From: an uncultured Candidatus Rokubacteria bacterium
GTDB lineage: Bacteria; Methylomirabilota; Methylomirabilia; Rokubacteriales; DASRDR01
Reading direction: 5' to 3'
Length of the DNA: 64,000 nucleotides
Assembly: GCA_963805625.1 (NCBI GenBank)
Contig: CAWDVE010000010.1
Location: forward strand, 1,376,001 to 1,440,000
Of this stretch, positions 49,579 to 59,883 are shown piece after piece; within the stretch, counting starts at the first letter, position 1, and every line of letters begins with the position of its first letter. Position numbers and translations under genes: made by a program. The notes beneath the pieces are model-generated. The model was not told the origin of the DNA. It did not search any database and worked only from the letters and a program-made list of their open reading frames with translations.

Positions 49579-51048
49579 CTACCGGAACATCTTCCCGACG
49601 GGCGGGAGGAGACGCGTCAGGTCGTTGAACAGCGCGAACACCATGAGCAGCAGGAGCAGGGCAAGCCCGATCTGCTGGGCGATCTCGCGCTTCCGGAGGG
49701 AGAGAGGCCGCCCCAGCACCGCCTCGATGGCGAAGAACAGGAGGTGCCCGCCGTCCAGCATCGGGACCGGGAGGAGATTGAGGATCGCCAGGTTGACGCT
49801 GATCAGGGCCACGAAGAACGCGTACGAGACGAGTCCCTGCTGCGCCTGCTGCCCGGCCACCAGGCTGATCTGGAGCGGTCCCCCGATGTTCGAGGCCGGG
49901 ATCGTCCCCGTCGCGAGCTTCCAGATGGACACGACCGTGATGGCGGTAACGTCCCAGGTGCGCGCCACACCCCGCGCGGCGGCGGTCAGTGGGTCCGATC
50001 GCTTGAAGGTCTGCGACGTCGCGGTGGCGATACCGATGCGCCCGACCTTCGTCTCGGTACCGAGCGCGTCCCGCTCGACCTCCATCCGCGGGGTGACGGT
50101 GAGGTCCATCCGGGAACCGCTGCGCTCGACCCGGAGCGTCAGGGTCTGGTCGGCCCGGGTCGAGATCATCTCGGCCAGCTCGTCCCACGTCTCGATCGGC
50201 TGACCGTTGAGCGCCACGACGCGGTCGCGGGGTTGGAGCCCCGCCTCCGCCGCGGGCATGCCCGGGCGCACCTCGCCCACCACCGGCGGGAGGTAGGGGC
50301 GGGCGCCGATGCTCCAGGCCTCCGTCGGCTCGTTGAACGGCGTCCGAACCGGAACCTTGCGCGGGGTGACGGTCACGTCCTGGCGTGCGCCCTCCCGCAC
50401 GATGGTGAGCGCGAGCGGGCGCCCGTTGGCACGCGCGACCGCCTCCTCGATCTCGCCCCAGTGCTCGACCGGCTTCCCGTCGATCGCCACGACCTGGTCG
50501 CGGGGGCGGAGTCCGGCCTCCGCGGCCGCGGAGTCCGTCGTCACCCGCCCGATCGTCGGCTCGAGGACGGGCACCCCGACGACCGCGAACACGACCGAGA
50601 AGATCACCGCCGCCAGGACGAAGTTCATGCCCGGCCCGGCGAAGACGATCAGCGCCCGGGCCCAAAGGGACTTCGTCGAAAATGATTTGGCCGGGTCCAC
50701 CGGGGGTTCCTCGGTCGCGGGGTGGATCGCGTCCTCGCCGTGAGCCTCCTCGCCCGTCATCTTCACATAGCCGCCGAGCGGCACGATCGAGACGCAGTAC
50801 TCCGTCTCGCCGCGTCGGAACGAGAAGATCCGGGGCCCGAAGCCGAGCGAGAATCGCTCGACCCCGACACCCATCCCCTTCGCCACCAGGAAGTGTCCCA
50901 GCTCGTGAATGAAGATCAGCGCGCCCAGGGCCACGAGCGCGCTCACGACGTAGTCAAGCGCCCCGCCCAGGAGCATGCTGCTGAGCGAACCGTCGGCGAG
51001 AAGCACGCCTCCCATCGTCAGCGTCAGGACCCGGCCCGAGCGCCTCAC
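49579..51048 (-). CDS. rseP: RIP metalloprotease RseP (two PDZ domains)
   Basis: HELGH, FSLGFGP, AGP.MN, NLLPVPMLDGGH; GGAGG RBS before GTG. Confidence 0.95.
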   Translation of the reverse strand: MRRSGRVLTLTMGGVLLADGSLSSMLLGGALDYVVSALVALGALIFIHELGHFLVAKGMGVGVERFSLGFGPRIFSFRRGETEYCVSIVPLGGYVKMTGEEAHGEDAIHPATEEPPVDPAKSFSTKSLWARALIVFAGPGMNFVLAAVIFSVVFAVVGVPVLEPTIGRVTTDSAAAEAGLRPRDQVVAIDGKPVEHWGEIEEAVARANGRPLALTIVREGARQDVTVTPRKVPVRTPFNEPTEAWSIGARPYLPPVVGEVRPGMPAAEAGLQPRDRVVALNGQPIETWDELAEMISTRADQTLTLRVERSGSRMDLTVTPRMEVERDALGTETKVGRIGIATATSQTFKRSDPLTAAARGVARTWDVTAITVVSIWKLATGTIPASNIGGPLQISLVAGQQAQQGLVSYAFFVALISVNLAILNLLPVPMLDGGHLLFFAIEAVLGRPLSLRKREIAQQIGLALLLLLMVFALFNDLTRLLPPVGKMFR

Positions 51049-51058
51049 GTTCCTCCCA

Positions 51059-52237
51059 TCAGTTCAGGGCCGATCCCGCCGGGACGCTGCCGAGGGCAAC
51101 CTCGGTCGACCGGCGCACCGCTCCGTCGAGCGCGAGGCACGCTCCCAGGTCGTCCGCCGACGCGCCAGCGTGCGCGTCGAGGGCGTCCCCGATCAGCTTG
51201 GAAACTTCCATGAAGCCGCACCGCCCCGCGAGGAACCCGGCGACGGCCACCTCGTTCGCTGCGTTCAGGATCAGCGGCGCCGCGCCGCCGGCCCGCCCCG
51301 CCTGGCGGGCCAGCCCGAGGCAGGGGAACGCCGACTCGTCCGGCGCCTCGAAGGTCAGGGTCCCGAGCGTCACCAGGTCGAGGGCGGGTGCCGGACACGG
51401 AAGCCGCTCGGGGTACGTGAGCGCGTAGAGGATCGGGATCCCCATGTCCGGCATGCCCAGCTGCGCGAGAACGGAGCGATCGACGAACTCGACCATCGAG
51501 TGGACGATCGACTGCGGGTGCACCACGACGTCGATCCGCTCGAACGGGACGCCGAACAGCCAGTGCGCCTCCAGGACCTCGAGACCCTTGTTCATGAGCG
51601 TGGCCGAGTCGATCGTGATCTTTTCGCCCATCCGCCACGTTGGGTGGCGCAGGGCCTGCTCGACCGTCACGCCTTCGAGGGCCGCTCGGGACCACCCGCG
51701 GAAGGGACCGCCCGACGCCGTCAGCACGAGCCGGCGGACCTCGCGAGGCGCCGCCCCCGCCAGGCACTGGAAGAGTGCGCTGTGCTCGGAGTCGACCGGA
51801 AGCAGGCGCACACCGTGCTCGCGGGCGGCCCGCGTCATCAAGGCCCCCGCCATCACGAGCGTCTCCTTGTTGGCGAGCGCGATGGTGCGCCCGGCCCGGA
51901 TCGCGGCAAGGGTGGGCACGAGTCCCGCAGCCCCTACCAGCGCCGAGACGACGACGTCCGCGGAAACGTCCGCCGCGAGGGTCGCCAGACCCTCGGGTCC
52001 GCCGAGCAGCTCCGGCCGGGGCGATGTCAGCTCCCGCGCCAGACGGTCCACTGCGGCCCGGTCCAGCAGAGCGACCGCCGCCGGCCGATGGGCGCGGACC
52101 AACTCGGCAACCAGGGCGACGTCGGAGCCGCGCGCCGCGAGCCCGCCAACGCGGAACTGATCCGGAAAGGCGGCGATAAGCTCGAGGGTCCGGCGACCGA
52201 TCGATCCGGTCGCTCCGAGCACGGTGACAGTTTTCAC
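51059..52237 (-). CDS. dxr: 1-deoxy-D-xylulose-5-phosphate reductoisomerase
   Basis: LGATGSIG, LANKE, PVDSEH, HPTWRMG.KITIDSA, NAANE. Confidence 0.97.
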   Translation of the reverse strand: MKTVTVLGATGSIGRRTLELIAAFPDQFRVGGLAARGSDVALVAELVRAHRPAAVALLDRAAVDRLARELTSPRPELLGGPEGLATLAADVSADVVVSALVGAAGLVPTLAAIRAGRTIALANKETLVMAGALMTRAAREHGVRLLPVDSEHSALFQCLAGAAPREVRRLVLTASGGPFRGWSRAALEGVTVEQALRHPTWRMGEKITIDSATLMNKGLEVLEAHWLFGVPFERIDVVVHPQSIVHSMVEFVDRSVLAQLGMPDMGIPILYALTYPERLPCPAPALDLVTLGTLTFEAPDESAFPCLGLARQAGRAGGAAPLILNAANEVAVAGFLAGRCGFMEVSKLIGDALDAHAGASADDLGACLALDGAVRRSTEVALGSVPAGSALN

Positions 52238-52345
52238 GTGGATGCTCGCGCCTCAGTCTAGGTGGAGGGGAGCGGCATCGCTCCTCCCCCACACCCCCAC
52301 CGCTCGGATACGTTGTGCGCCGGCGAGGTGTCGGTTCACGGCCCC

Positions 52346-53143
52346 TCAGTGTGTTCCAGAGAAGTACAGCCAATAATACAGGGCTGGCACGTTGAAGAGC
52401 AAGGAGTCGAGCCGGTCCAGCACGCCGCCGTGGCCCGGAATGAGGTGACCCGCGTCCTTGGCGCCCGCACTTCGCTTGAGGAACGACTCGCTCAGATCGC
52501 CAATCTGCCCGACGGCGCCCAGGAGCAGGCCGATGGCGGCAGCCTCCGGGATCGAGAGTTGCACGAGAGGCGCACCCGCGATCGCCGTCACGACGGACGC
52601 GATCAGCTGCGCCACCCCGCCTTCGACCGTCTTGCCCGGCGACACGCGCGGCGCGAGCGGACGACGGCCGAATCGCCGCCCGACGAAGTACGCCGCCGAC
52701 TCGCCGCCCCACGTCACCCCGAGTGCGAACAGCGTCAGCACTCGCCCGCCCGGCAGCGCGCGGAGCCAAATGGCGTGCCCGAGCAGCCACGCGCAGTAGC
52801 AGACGCCGAGAAGCGTCAGCGTCACCCCGGTCCAGGCCCGCTCCACCACCGCGTCGCGCCTGAGCCCGAGCGCCACGACGACGATCACCGCCAGGGAGAG
52901 CGCCAGCGGCAGCAGGATGGGTTGGCCCCCCGCGAAGGCCAGCACGACGAGCGCGCCGAGAGCCAGTCCCGCCGCGCGATCGGCCTGGACCCCCGCGCCG
53001 GCGAACATGCGATACAACTCAAGCTGCGCGCCGATGGCGAACAGGAGCACGACGACCGTGAACAGCCAGGCCGGCCCCCAGACGATGAGGGCGATCAGGA
53101 CCGGAATCCCGACGAGGGCGCTCAGGAGCCGCTGCGCGAGCAC
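52346..53143 (-). CDS. cdsA: Phosphatidate cytidylyltransferase
   Basis: SPGKTVEG, GDLSESFLKR..G.KD.G.LIPGHGGVLDRLDS. Confidence 0.95.
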   Translation of the reverse strand: MLAQRLLSALVGIPVLIALIVWGPAWLFTVVVLLFAIGAQLELYRMFAGAGVQADRAAGLALGALVVLAFAGGQPILLPLALSLAVIVVVALGLRRDAVVERAWTGVTLTLLGVCYCAWLLGHAIWLRALPGGRVLTLFALGVTWGGESAAYFVGRRFGRRPLAPRVSPGKTVEGGVAQLIASVVTAIAGAPLVQLSIPEAAAIGLLLGAVGQIGDLSESFLKRSAGAKDAGHLIPGHGGVLDRLDSLLFNVPALYYWLYFSGTH

Positions 53144-53173
53144 GGGCTCCGTGACGCGGCGGCCGGCCGCCGC

Positions 53174-53950
53174 TTACAGGCCCCCGAACCGGCGAGAACG
53201 GCGCTGGTACTCGGCGACCGCGCCGTAGAGGTCCCGGGGGGAGAAGTCGGGCCAGAGGGTTGGCAGGACCAGAAGCTCCGTGTACGCAACCTGCCAGAGC
53301 AGGAAGTTCGACAGCCGGTACTCGCCGCTCGTCCGGATCAGGAGGTCGGGATCGGGCACGCCGGCGGTGTCGAGCGCCGCGGTCACGCTCGCCTCGTCGA
53401 TCGCCGCGGGGGCGAGCGCGCCCCGCGCGACGTCGTCCGCCAGGGCCCGCAACGCCCGCACCAGCTCGCGGCGGCCTCCGTAGTTGAGCGCGATCAGGAG
53501 CGTGAGCCCCGTGTTGCCCTCGGTCGCGCGGACGGCGCGCTCAACGCTCCGCCGCACGCCCTGGTCGAGGGAGGCGAGCTCTCCGATGGTGCGAAGCCGG
53601 ACGTTGTTCTCGACGAGGCCTGGAAGCTCCTCGTCCACGGAGCTCTCGAGGAGCCGCATCAGAAAGCTCACCTCGGCCGGCGGCCGGGTCCAGTTCTCGG
53701 AAGAGAACGCGTAGAGCGTGAGGTATCCGATGCCGAGGCGACCCACCGTGCGTACAGTCTCTCGAGCCGCGCGGACACCTTCCCGGTGCCCCGCCACGCG
53801 CGGAAGGCCGCGGAGTCCGGCCCACCGCCCGTTCCCATCCATGATCACGGCCACGTGCTGCGGCAGGGGCTGCTGGCGGATGGTCTCGAGCAGAGCCGCC
53901 TCGTCGTCCGCCACGGCGTCGGCGGCAGGACCGGTCGAGTCGGCGGTCAA
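53174..53950 (-). CDS. uppS: Undecaprenyl diphosphate synthase
   Basis: HVAVIMDGNGRWA, YAFSSENW.RP, NYGGR, IRTSGE.RLSNFLLWQ. Confidence 0.96.
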   Translation of the reverse strand: MTADSTGPAADAVADDEAALLETIRQQPLPQHVAVIMDGNGRWAGLRGLPRVAGHREGVRAARETVRTVGRLGIGYLTLYAFSSENWTRPPAEVSFLMRLLESSVDEELPGLVENNVRLRTIGELASLDQGVRRSVERAVRATEGNTGLTLLIALNYGGRRELVRALRALADDVARGALAPAAIDEASVTAALDTAGVPDPDLLIRTSGEYRLSNFLLWQVAYTELLVLPTLWPDFSPRDLYGAVAEYQRRSRRFGGL

Positions 53951-54510
53951 AACTCCAGGATCTCCTGCTCCTTCTTCTTCTGGAGCTCGTCGACCTTCTG
54001 GGTAGCCCGGTCGGTGAGCTTCTGGAGCTCCGCCTCGCTCCGTCGCTCGTCGTCCTCGGAGATCTTCTTGTCCTTGAGCAGGGCCCTGATCTTCTCCTTC
54101 GCCTCGCGCCGCACGTTCCGGATCGCCACGCGCGCTTCCTCGGCCAGCTTGCCCACCGACTTCGCCAGCTGTTTCCGGCGCTCCTCGTTGAGCGGCGGGA
54201 TCGTCAAGCGGATCATCTTGCCGTCGCTGGCCGGCGTGAGGCCGAGGTCGGACTTCTGGATCGCCCGCTCGATCTTCGTCAGCACGCTCTGGTCCCAGGG
54301 CTGGATCATGAGGGTCCGCGCGTCGGGCACCGAGATGCTGGCGACCTGGTTGAGCGGCGTCGGCGTGTCGTAGTAGTCGACGCGCACGTGCTCCAGCAGC
54401 GCGGCATTGGCGCGCCCGGTCCGCACGCCGGCGAACTCCCGGCCGAGCGCATCGAGGGCTCCCTGCATCCGGGTCTCGGCATCCTTCTGGACCGCTGGCG
54501 CCGTGCTCAT
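53947..54510 (-). CDS. frr: Ribosome recycling factor
   Basis: VRTGRAN, IPPLNEERR, RVAIRNVRR. Confidence 0.96.
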   Translation of the reverse strand: MSTAPAVQKDAETRMQGALDALGREFAGVRTGRANAALLEHVRVDYYDTPTPLNQVASISVPDARTLMIQPWDQSVLTKIERAIQKSDLGLTPASDGKMIRLTIPPLNEERRKQLAKSVGKLAEEARVAIRNVRREAKEKIRALLKDKKISEDDERRSEAELQKLTDRATQKVDELQKKKEQEILEF

Positions 54511-54514
54511 GGCC

Positions 54515-55258
54515 TCACCTCGGTGACGGGGCGCTGTCGCTGACGTAGGACCCGACACTGGGGTCCCCGCAGACGACCCGCAGGAGGTTTCCCCGAGTGT
54601 TCAGGTTGAAGACGCCGATCGGCAGCTTGTTCTCCATGCACAGGGTAATGGCCGTCGTGTCCATGACCCGGAGACCCCTGTTCAGCGCGTCGATGTAGGT
54701 AATGTGAGGAAGCCGCACCGCCTTCGGGTCGAGCACCGGATCGGCGGTGTAGATTCCGTCCACCTTCGTCGCCTTGAAGATGATCTCAGCGCCGACCTCC
54801 ACGGCCCGGAGCGCGGCGGCCGTGTCCGTCGTGAAGAAGGGGTTACCGGTCCCCGCGGCGAAGATGACGATCCGACCCTTCTCGAGGTGCCGGATCGCGC
54901 GCCGGCGGATGTAGGGCTCGGCGACTGCCGGCATGTCGATCGCCGACTGACACCGGGTCATCAGCCCGGCCCGCTCGAGCGTCCCCTGGAGCGCGAGCCC
55001 GTTGATCACGGTCGCCAGCATGCCCATGTAGTCGGCGGAGGCCCGATCCATGCCGTTCGCCGAGGCATGGAGGCCCCGGAAGATGTTTCCCCCGCCGATC
55101 ACGATGGCGGTCTCGACCTCGAGGTCGTGGATGGTCCGGATCTCCTGAGCGAGCCGCTCCAGGACTGCGGGGTCGATACCGTAGCCCTGCTCGCCGGCCA
55201 GAGCCTCGCCGGAGAGCTTCAGGAGGATGCGCTTGTAGCGGGGCTTTGCCTCACTCAC
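54515..55258 (-). CDS. pyrH: UMP kinase
   Basis: [34 protein letters not shown]. Confidence 0.97.
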   Translation of the reverse strand: MSEAKPRYKRILLKLSGEALAGEQGYGIDPAVLERLAQEIRTIHDLEVETAIVIGGGNIFRGLHASANGMDRASADYMGMLATVINGLALQGTLERAGLMTRCQSAIDMPAVAEPYIRRRAIRHLEKGRIVIFAAGTGNPFFTTDTAAALRAVEVGAEIIFKATKVDGIYTADPVLDPKAVRLPHITYIDALNRGLRVMDTTAITLCMENKLPIGVFNLNTRGNLLRVVCGDPSVGSYVSDSAPSPR

Positions 55259-55850
55259 CGACCTGGAACCGCACGAAGCGCCGCACCGCGATCTTCTCGC
55301 CGGTCTGGGCGCTCACCTGGGCGATGAGGTCGCCGACGCGAAGCTTGCCGCTCGCGTCGCGGATGTAGGGCTGGTCCACGAGGCACGAGTCCTCGTAGAA
55401 CTTGGCGAGCTTGCCCTCGATGATCTTCTCGAGGACCTGCGGCGGCTTCTTCTGGTCGGCCATCTGCTGCCGGTAGATCTCCCGCTCGCGCTCGATGATT
55501 TCCGCCGGCACCTCGTCCCGCAACACCCACTGGGGGTTGGCGGCCGCGACCTGCATCGCCAGGCCCTTGACTAGGTCCTGGAACTGCTCGGTGCGGGCGA
55601 CGAAGTCCGTCTCGCAGTTCACCTCGATGAGGACGCCGAGCTTAGAGCCGGCGTGGATGTACGCGCTGACCACTCCGTCGCGGGCCTCCCGGTGGGCGCG
55701 CTTCGAGGCAGCCGCGAGCCCCTTCTTTCGAAGGAAATCGACCGCCTGCTCGAGGTCTTCTCCGGAGGCGGCGAGCGCCTCCCTGCAATCCATCACGCCG
55801 GCCCCCGTCTTGTCCCGGAGCTCGCGCACTTTCTCTGCCGTCGTGGCCAT
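55251..55850 (-). CDS. tsf: Elongation factor Ts (short form, 199 aa)
   Basis: [32 protein letters not shown]. Confidence 0.96.
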   Translation of the reverse strand: MATTAEKVRELRDKTGAGVMDCREALAASGEDLEQAVDFLRKKGLAAASKRAHREARDGVVSAYIHAGSKLGVLIEVNCETDFVARTEQFQDLVKGLAMQVAAANPQWVLRDEVPAEIIEREREIYRQQMADQKKPPQVLEKIIEGKLAKFYEDSCLVDQPYIRDASGKLRVGDLIAQVSAQTGEKIAVRRFVRFQVGE

Positions 55851-55976
55851 GGTCCCTCGGCTCCTTCTAGTAGCCCGTCCGGATGGTCCCGGCAGACACC
55901 TCGCGCGGGCTGCCGGAGTCCGTGCCGGCCAACCGGCACCCCGGCCCACCCGCGGAGCGGTCCGCCGTAGCGCCGC

Positions 55977-56777
55977 CTAGACGCCGCTGGTCTGCTGCGC
56001 CTCGACCGCCTCCGCGCCGTCCCCGGCGCCGAGCACGGCCGCCTCGGCCATCGTACCCGCGGCGTCGATCTCGGCCTCAGCGCTCACCTTGGCCGACACG
56101 CCGCGTCCCTCCACGATCGCGTCGGCGATCCGGGAGGTGATAAGCCGGATTGCGCGGATGGCGTCGTCGTTGCCCGGGATCGGGTAGTCGATCCCGCTCG
56201 GGTCGCAGTTCGTGTCCACGATCGCGATGATCGGAATCTGCAGCTTCTGCGCCTCGGCCACCGCGATCCGCTCCTTCCGCGGGTCGATGATGTAGACCGC
56301 CGAGGGCAGACCGTCCATCTGCTTGATCCCGAAGAGCGACTTCTCGAGCTTGCCGCGCTCGCGCTCGAGCCCGGCCGCCTCCTTCTTGGTGACGCGCTCG
56401 AACTCGCCGGTATCGCGCATGTCCTCGAGACGCTTCAGGTGGTTGATCGACTTCCGGATCGTGGTGAAGTTCGTGAGCGTGCCGCCCAGCCACCGCTGGT
56501 TCACGTAGAACATGCTGCAGCGGGCGGCCTCGTCGGCAATCGTCTCCTGCGCCTGCTTCTTCGTACCGACGAACAGGATCGTGCCCCCGTTGGCCGCGAG
56601 GTCCCGCGCGAACACCTGTGCGTCCCGGAACTTCTTGAGCGTCTTTTGCAGGTCGATGATGTAGATGCCGTTGCGCTCGCCGAAGATGTATTTCGCCATC
56701 TTCGGGTTCCAGCGCTTCGTCTGGTGGCCGAAGTGGACCCCGGCCTCGAGCAACTCCTTCATGGTGATCTGTGCCAT
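55977..56777 (-). CDS. rpsB: 30S ribosomal protein S2
   Basis: [40 protein letters not shown]. Confidence 0.98.
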   Translation of the reverse strand: MAQITMKELLEAGVHFGHQTKRWNPKMAKYIFGERNGIYIIDLQKTLKKFRDAQVFARDLAANGGTILFVGTKKQAQETIADEAARCSMFYVNQRWLGGTLTNFTTIRKSINHLKRLEDMRDTGEFERVTKKEAAGLERERGKLEKSLFGIKQMDGLPSAVYIIDPRKERIAVAEAQKLQIPIIAIVDTNCDPSGIDYPIPGNDDAIRAIRLITSRIADAIVEGRGVSAKVSAEAEIDAAGTMAEAAVLGAGDGAEAVEAQQTSGV

Positions 56778-56789
56778 CGCGGATGGTTC

Positions 56790-56873
56790 CTCCTGGTCGG
56801 TTCGCCTCAGCGCTCCCTGCGGCCCCCGGTTGCCCGGCGGACCACCACCGACCCTGGAGCGCGTGTGTGGTGG
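56790..56873 (-). promoter_or_regulatory. Candidate S2 autoregulatory leader RNA
   Basis: CACACACGCGC...(GC stem)...GCGCTGAGGCGAACC directly upstream of the rpsB RBS, resembling described rpsB leaders. Confidence 0.5.
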
Positions 56874-58091
56874 TTAGCTGGTGCCCGTATTTATCTTAAC
56901 GTAGTCGGTCGTCAGGTCGCAGGTCCAGATGTGATCCTGAGCGGAGCCGAGGCCGAGGTCGACCGTCACGGACACCTCGGGCTTGGCCAGCTCCGCCTTG
57001 ACCCGGTCCCAGCGGACACTCTCCCGGAGACGGCCGCCGGCCGCCACCTGCTCCTCGCCGTACCAGATCGCGACCCGGTCCTCCTGGACCGCCACGCCCG
57101 CGGCGCCCAGCGCCGACATCACCCGACCCCAGTTCGGGTCGCGACCGGCCATGGCCGTCTTGAACAGATTGGAGTTCGCGATGGACCGGGCCGCCTGCTC
57201 GGCGTCGCCGCGCGTCTTGGCCCCGCGCACGCGCACGTCGATCACCAGCGTCGCGCCCTCGCCGTCCTTCACCAGCATTACGGCCAGGCGCTGGGTGAGC
57301 GCGTCGAGCGCCTGCTGGAAGGGCCGAAGCCGGCGGTCGCCCCGGGCGAGCGCCCGGTTCTCGGCCAGGCCGTTGGCCAGGACGATCACGGTGTCGCTGG
57401 TGCTACGGTCCCCATCGACGCTGATGCGGTTGAACGATCCGGTCACCGCGCGACGGATGGCGCTCTGCAGCCCCTCGCGGTCCACCGCCAGGTCGGTCGC
57501 GACGAAGCAGAACATCGTCGCCATCATGGGATGGATCATCCCGGTCCCCTTGGCGATGCCGCCGATCGTCACCCGCCGGCCTCCGATCTCCACCCGAAGC
57601 GCCGCTTCCTTGGGGTGCATGTCGGTGGTCATGATCCCCTCGGCGGCGGCCCGGCTCCCCTCCGGCGAGAGGCCCTTCACGAGCTTCGGAAGCGCCGGAC
57701 GGATCTTCTCCATCGGAAGGTACCGCCCGATCACGCCGGTCGAGGCGACCAGCACCCGCTCGTCCGGGATGCGGAGGTGCTTGGCGACGATCTCGGTCAT
57801 CTCCCTGGCGTCGCGGATCCCCTGCTCGCCGGTGGCGACGTTCGAGCACCCGCTGGACGCGACGATCGCCTGGGCAACGCCGCTCCGGATCCGCTCGCGC
57901 GTCACCTTGACGGGCGCCCCGACGATCCGGTTCGTCGTGAAGACGCCGGCGGCCGTCGCCGGATTCGAGGAGTACACGAGCGCGAGGTCACGCGCCGGCG
58001 GCGGCTTGATGCCGGCGTGAAACCCGGCCGCGAGAATCCCCGGGACCGCGGTGATGCCACCATCGATCCACTCGTGGTCGACGCTGACCAT
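56874..58091 (-). CDS. argJ: Ornithine acetyltransferase / N-acetylglutamate synthase
   Basis: AGVFTTN, STGVIG, IMTTD, AKGTGMIHPMMATM (autocleavage Thr), KDGEGAT, DPNWGR, TCDLT.DYV.IN. Confidence 0.95.
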   Translation of the reverse strand: MVSVDHEWIDGGITAVPGILAAGFHAGIKPPPARDLALVYSSNPATAAGVFTTNRIVGAPVKVTRERIRSGVAQAIVASSGCSNVATGEQGIRDAREMTEIVAKHLRIPDERVLVASTGVIGRYLPMEKIRPALPKLVKGLSPEGSRAAAEGIMTTDMHPKEAALRVEIGGRRVTIGGIAKGTGMIHPMMATMFCFVATDLAVDREGLQSAIRRAVTGSFNRISVDGDRSTSDTVIVLANGLAENRALARGDRRLRPFQQALDALTQRLAVMLVKDGEGATLVIDVRVRGAKTRGDAEQAARSIANSNLFKTAMAGRDPNWGRVMSALGAAGVAVQEDRVAIWYGEEQVAAGGRLRESVRWDRVKAELAKPEVSVTVDLGLGSAQDHIWTCDLTTDYVKINTGTS

Positions 58092-58101
58092 TACCCTCTC
58101 C

Positions 58102-58135
58102 AAAAAAAATCGGGAAGGTCGCCAGGACCTTCCCG
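58102..58135 (-). terminator. Intrinsic terminator after rpsI
   Basis: CGGGAAGGTC-CTGGC-GACCTTCCCG (perfect 10-bp stem) followed by A and a run of 8 T. Confidence 0.8.
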
Positions 58136-58158
58136 GTGTCGTCTCCCAGCGATCCGGA

Positions 58159-58554
58159 CTACCGTTTCGAGAACTGGAAGCGCTTGCGCGCGCCCGGCTG
58201 TCCGTACTTCTTCCGCTCCTTCATCCGCGGGTCGCGCGTGAGCATCCCCGCTCGCTTCAGCTGGAGCCTGAGCTCCGTGTTGAACTCGAGGAGCGCCCTC
58301 GCAATGCCGTGGCGCACTGCCCCCGCCTGACCCGACAGGCCGCCCCCGTTGACGTTCACCTTCGCGTCGAGCTGGGAGGTCGTCCCGGTGAGCTCGAGGG
58401 GCTGCGTCACGATGAGCCGAAGCGTCTCGCGTGGAAAGTAATCCTCGAACGGCCGCCGGTTGACCGTGATCCGTCCCTGTCCGGGCCGGAGGAACACGCG
58501 CGCGACGGAGGTCTTTCGCCGTCCCGTCCCGTAGAACTGCACTACCTCCGCCAT
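58159..58554 (-). CDS. rpsI: 30S ribosomal protein S9
   Basis: [38 protein letters not shown]. Confidence 0.98.
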   Translation of the reverse strand: MAEVVQFYGTGRRKTSVARVFLRPGQGRITVNRRPFEDYFPRETLRLIVTQPLELTGTTSQLDAKVNVNGGGLSGQAGAVRHGIARALLEFNTELRLQLKRAGMLTRDPRMKERKKYGQPGARKRFQFSKR

Positions 58555-58997
58555 CACGACTCCTTCTTCCGTAAGGGCAGCGCCTGCGGCTGCTGCGCCT
58601 GATGCGGGTGCTCGGCGCCGCGATACACCTTGAGCTTCTTGGCCATCGCGCGCCCGAGCTTGGTCTTCGGCAGCATGCCCTGGACCGCCCACTCGACGGC
58701 GCGCTCAGGATGCAAGCGGAGCATCGTGTCGGCCCGGGTCTCGGTGAGCCCGCCGATGTAGCCGGAGTGGGTGCGGTAGAGCTTGCCCATGAGCTTACGC
58801 CCCGTCAGCTCGACCTTCGCGGCGTTGATCACCACGACGTGGTCGCCGGCATCGACGTGCGGCGCCCAGATCGGCTTGTGCTTCCCCATCAGGAGAGTAG
58901 CGATCCGCGCAGAGAGCCGGCCGAGGACCTGACCCTCGGCATCGATCAGATGCCAGCTCCGCACGACCGCGTCCTTCTTCGGCATGACCGTCGGCAT
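58554..58997 (-). CDS. rplM: 50S ribosomal protein L13
   Basis: [39 protein letters not shown]. Confidence 0.98.
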   Translation of the reverse strand: MPTVMPKKDAVVRSWHLIDAEGQVLGRLSARIATLLMGKHKPIWAPHVDAGDHVVVINAAKVELTGRKLMGKLYRTHSGYIGGLTETRADTMLRLHPERAVEWAVQGMLPKTKLGRAMAKKLKVYRGAEHPHQAQQPQALPLRKKES

Positions 58998-59084
58998 ACG
59001 ACATCCGTCCCCACGCGCTCGAGAAAGATGATGAGCGAACGGCCACTACGTGGCGGACCGCTCGGACACAAATCGCAAGGAATA

Positions 59085-59113
59085 ACCTTATCGGAGGCGC
59101 CACGGGGTGTCAA
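59085..59113 (-). promoter_or_regulatory. Sigma70-type promoter of rplM-rpsI
   Basis: TTGACA-17 bp-TAAGGT. Confidence 0.7.
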
Positions 59114-59162
59114 CCCCCGATACACCTCACGACGGATTCCGGGGGGCGCCGGCGCGGCCGGA

Positions 59163-59864
59163 CTAGGCGCGGCGCCGCCCGCGCGCCGCCGGGGCAGGAC
59201 GCGGCGCTCCCCGGCCGCCGGTCTTCCCCGGCCAGGGGCAGAGCGCCCGTACCGGACAGGTGGGACACACTGGGGTCCGCGCGTGACACACCTGACGGCC
59301 GTGGGCCTGGATGAGGTGGCAGAAGCGGGTCCACCGGGGGCGCGGCACCACCTCCGCCAGCTGGGCCTCCACGTCGTCGGGGTCGTCGGCCTTCGCGAGG
59401 CCGAGCCGCTGGGTCACCCGGAAGACGTGGGTGTCCACCGCGATGCCCGGCACGCCATAGGCGTTCCCCAGCACGACGTTCGCGGTCTTCCGCCCGACGC
59501 CGGGCAGCGCTGTGAGGGTCTCGATCGTCCGCGGCACCTCTCCGCCGTGGCGTTCGACCAGCGCCCGCGCCATGCCGAGAACCGAGCGGGTCTTGGCCCG
59601 GAAGAAGCCAGTGGACCGGATCTCCCCCTCGAAGGTCGCGGGGTCCGCACGGACGTAGTCCTCCGCACGGCGGTACTTCTGGAACAAGGACGCGGTCACC
59701 TGGTTCACGCGATCGTCCGTGCACTGGGCGGCCAGGATTGTGGCAACGAGGAGCTCGAGCGGCGTCGTGAAGCGGAGCGCGATGGTCGTGTCCGGATAGG
59801 CGTGCTCGAGGTGCCGGATCAAGGATCGCGCCCGCGCACGACGGGACTCGAGGGACTCCCTCAC
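59163..59864 (-). CDS. nth: Endonuclease III
   Basis: LLVATILAAQCTD, HhH LPGVGRKTA, VDTHV, C-x6-C-x2-C-x5-C Fe-S motif. Confidence 0.96.
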   Translation of the reverse strand: MRESLESRRARARSLIRHLEHAYPDTTIALRFTTPLELLVATILAAQCTDDRVNQVTASLFQKYRRAEDYVRADPATFEGEIRSTGFFRAKTRSVLGMARALVERHGGEVPRTIETLTALPGVGRKTANVVLGNAYGVPGIAVDTHVFRVTQRLGLAKADDPDDVEAQLAEVVPRPRWTRFCHLIQAHGRQVCHARTPVCPTCPVRALCPWPGKTGGRGAPRPAPAARGRRRA

Positions 59865-59883
59865 CGGGCGATCCTGGGGGCCG

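Noticed and set aside
55251-55850. EF-Ts appears truncated (199 aa)
   Set aside because: The short form of EF-Ts is well known in several phyla; the motifs and C-terminus are intact.
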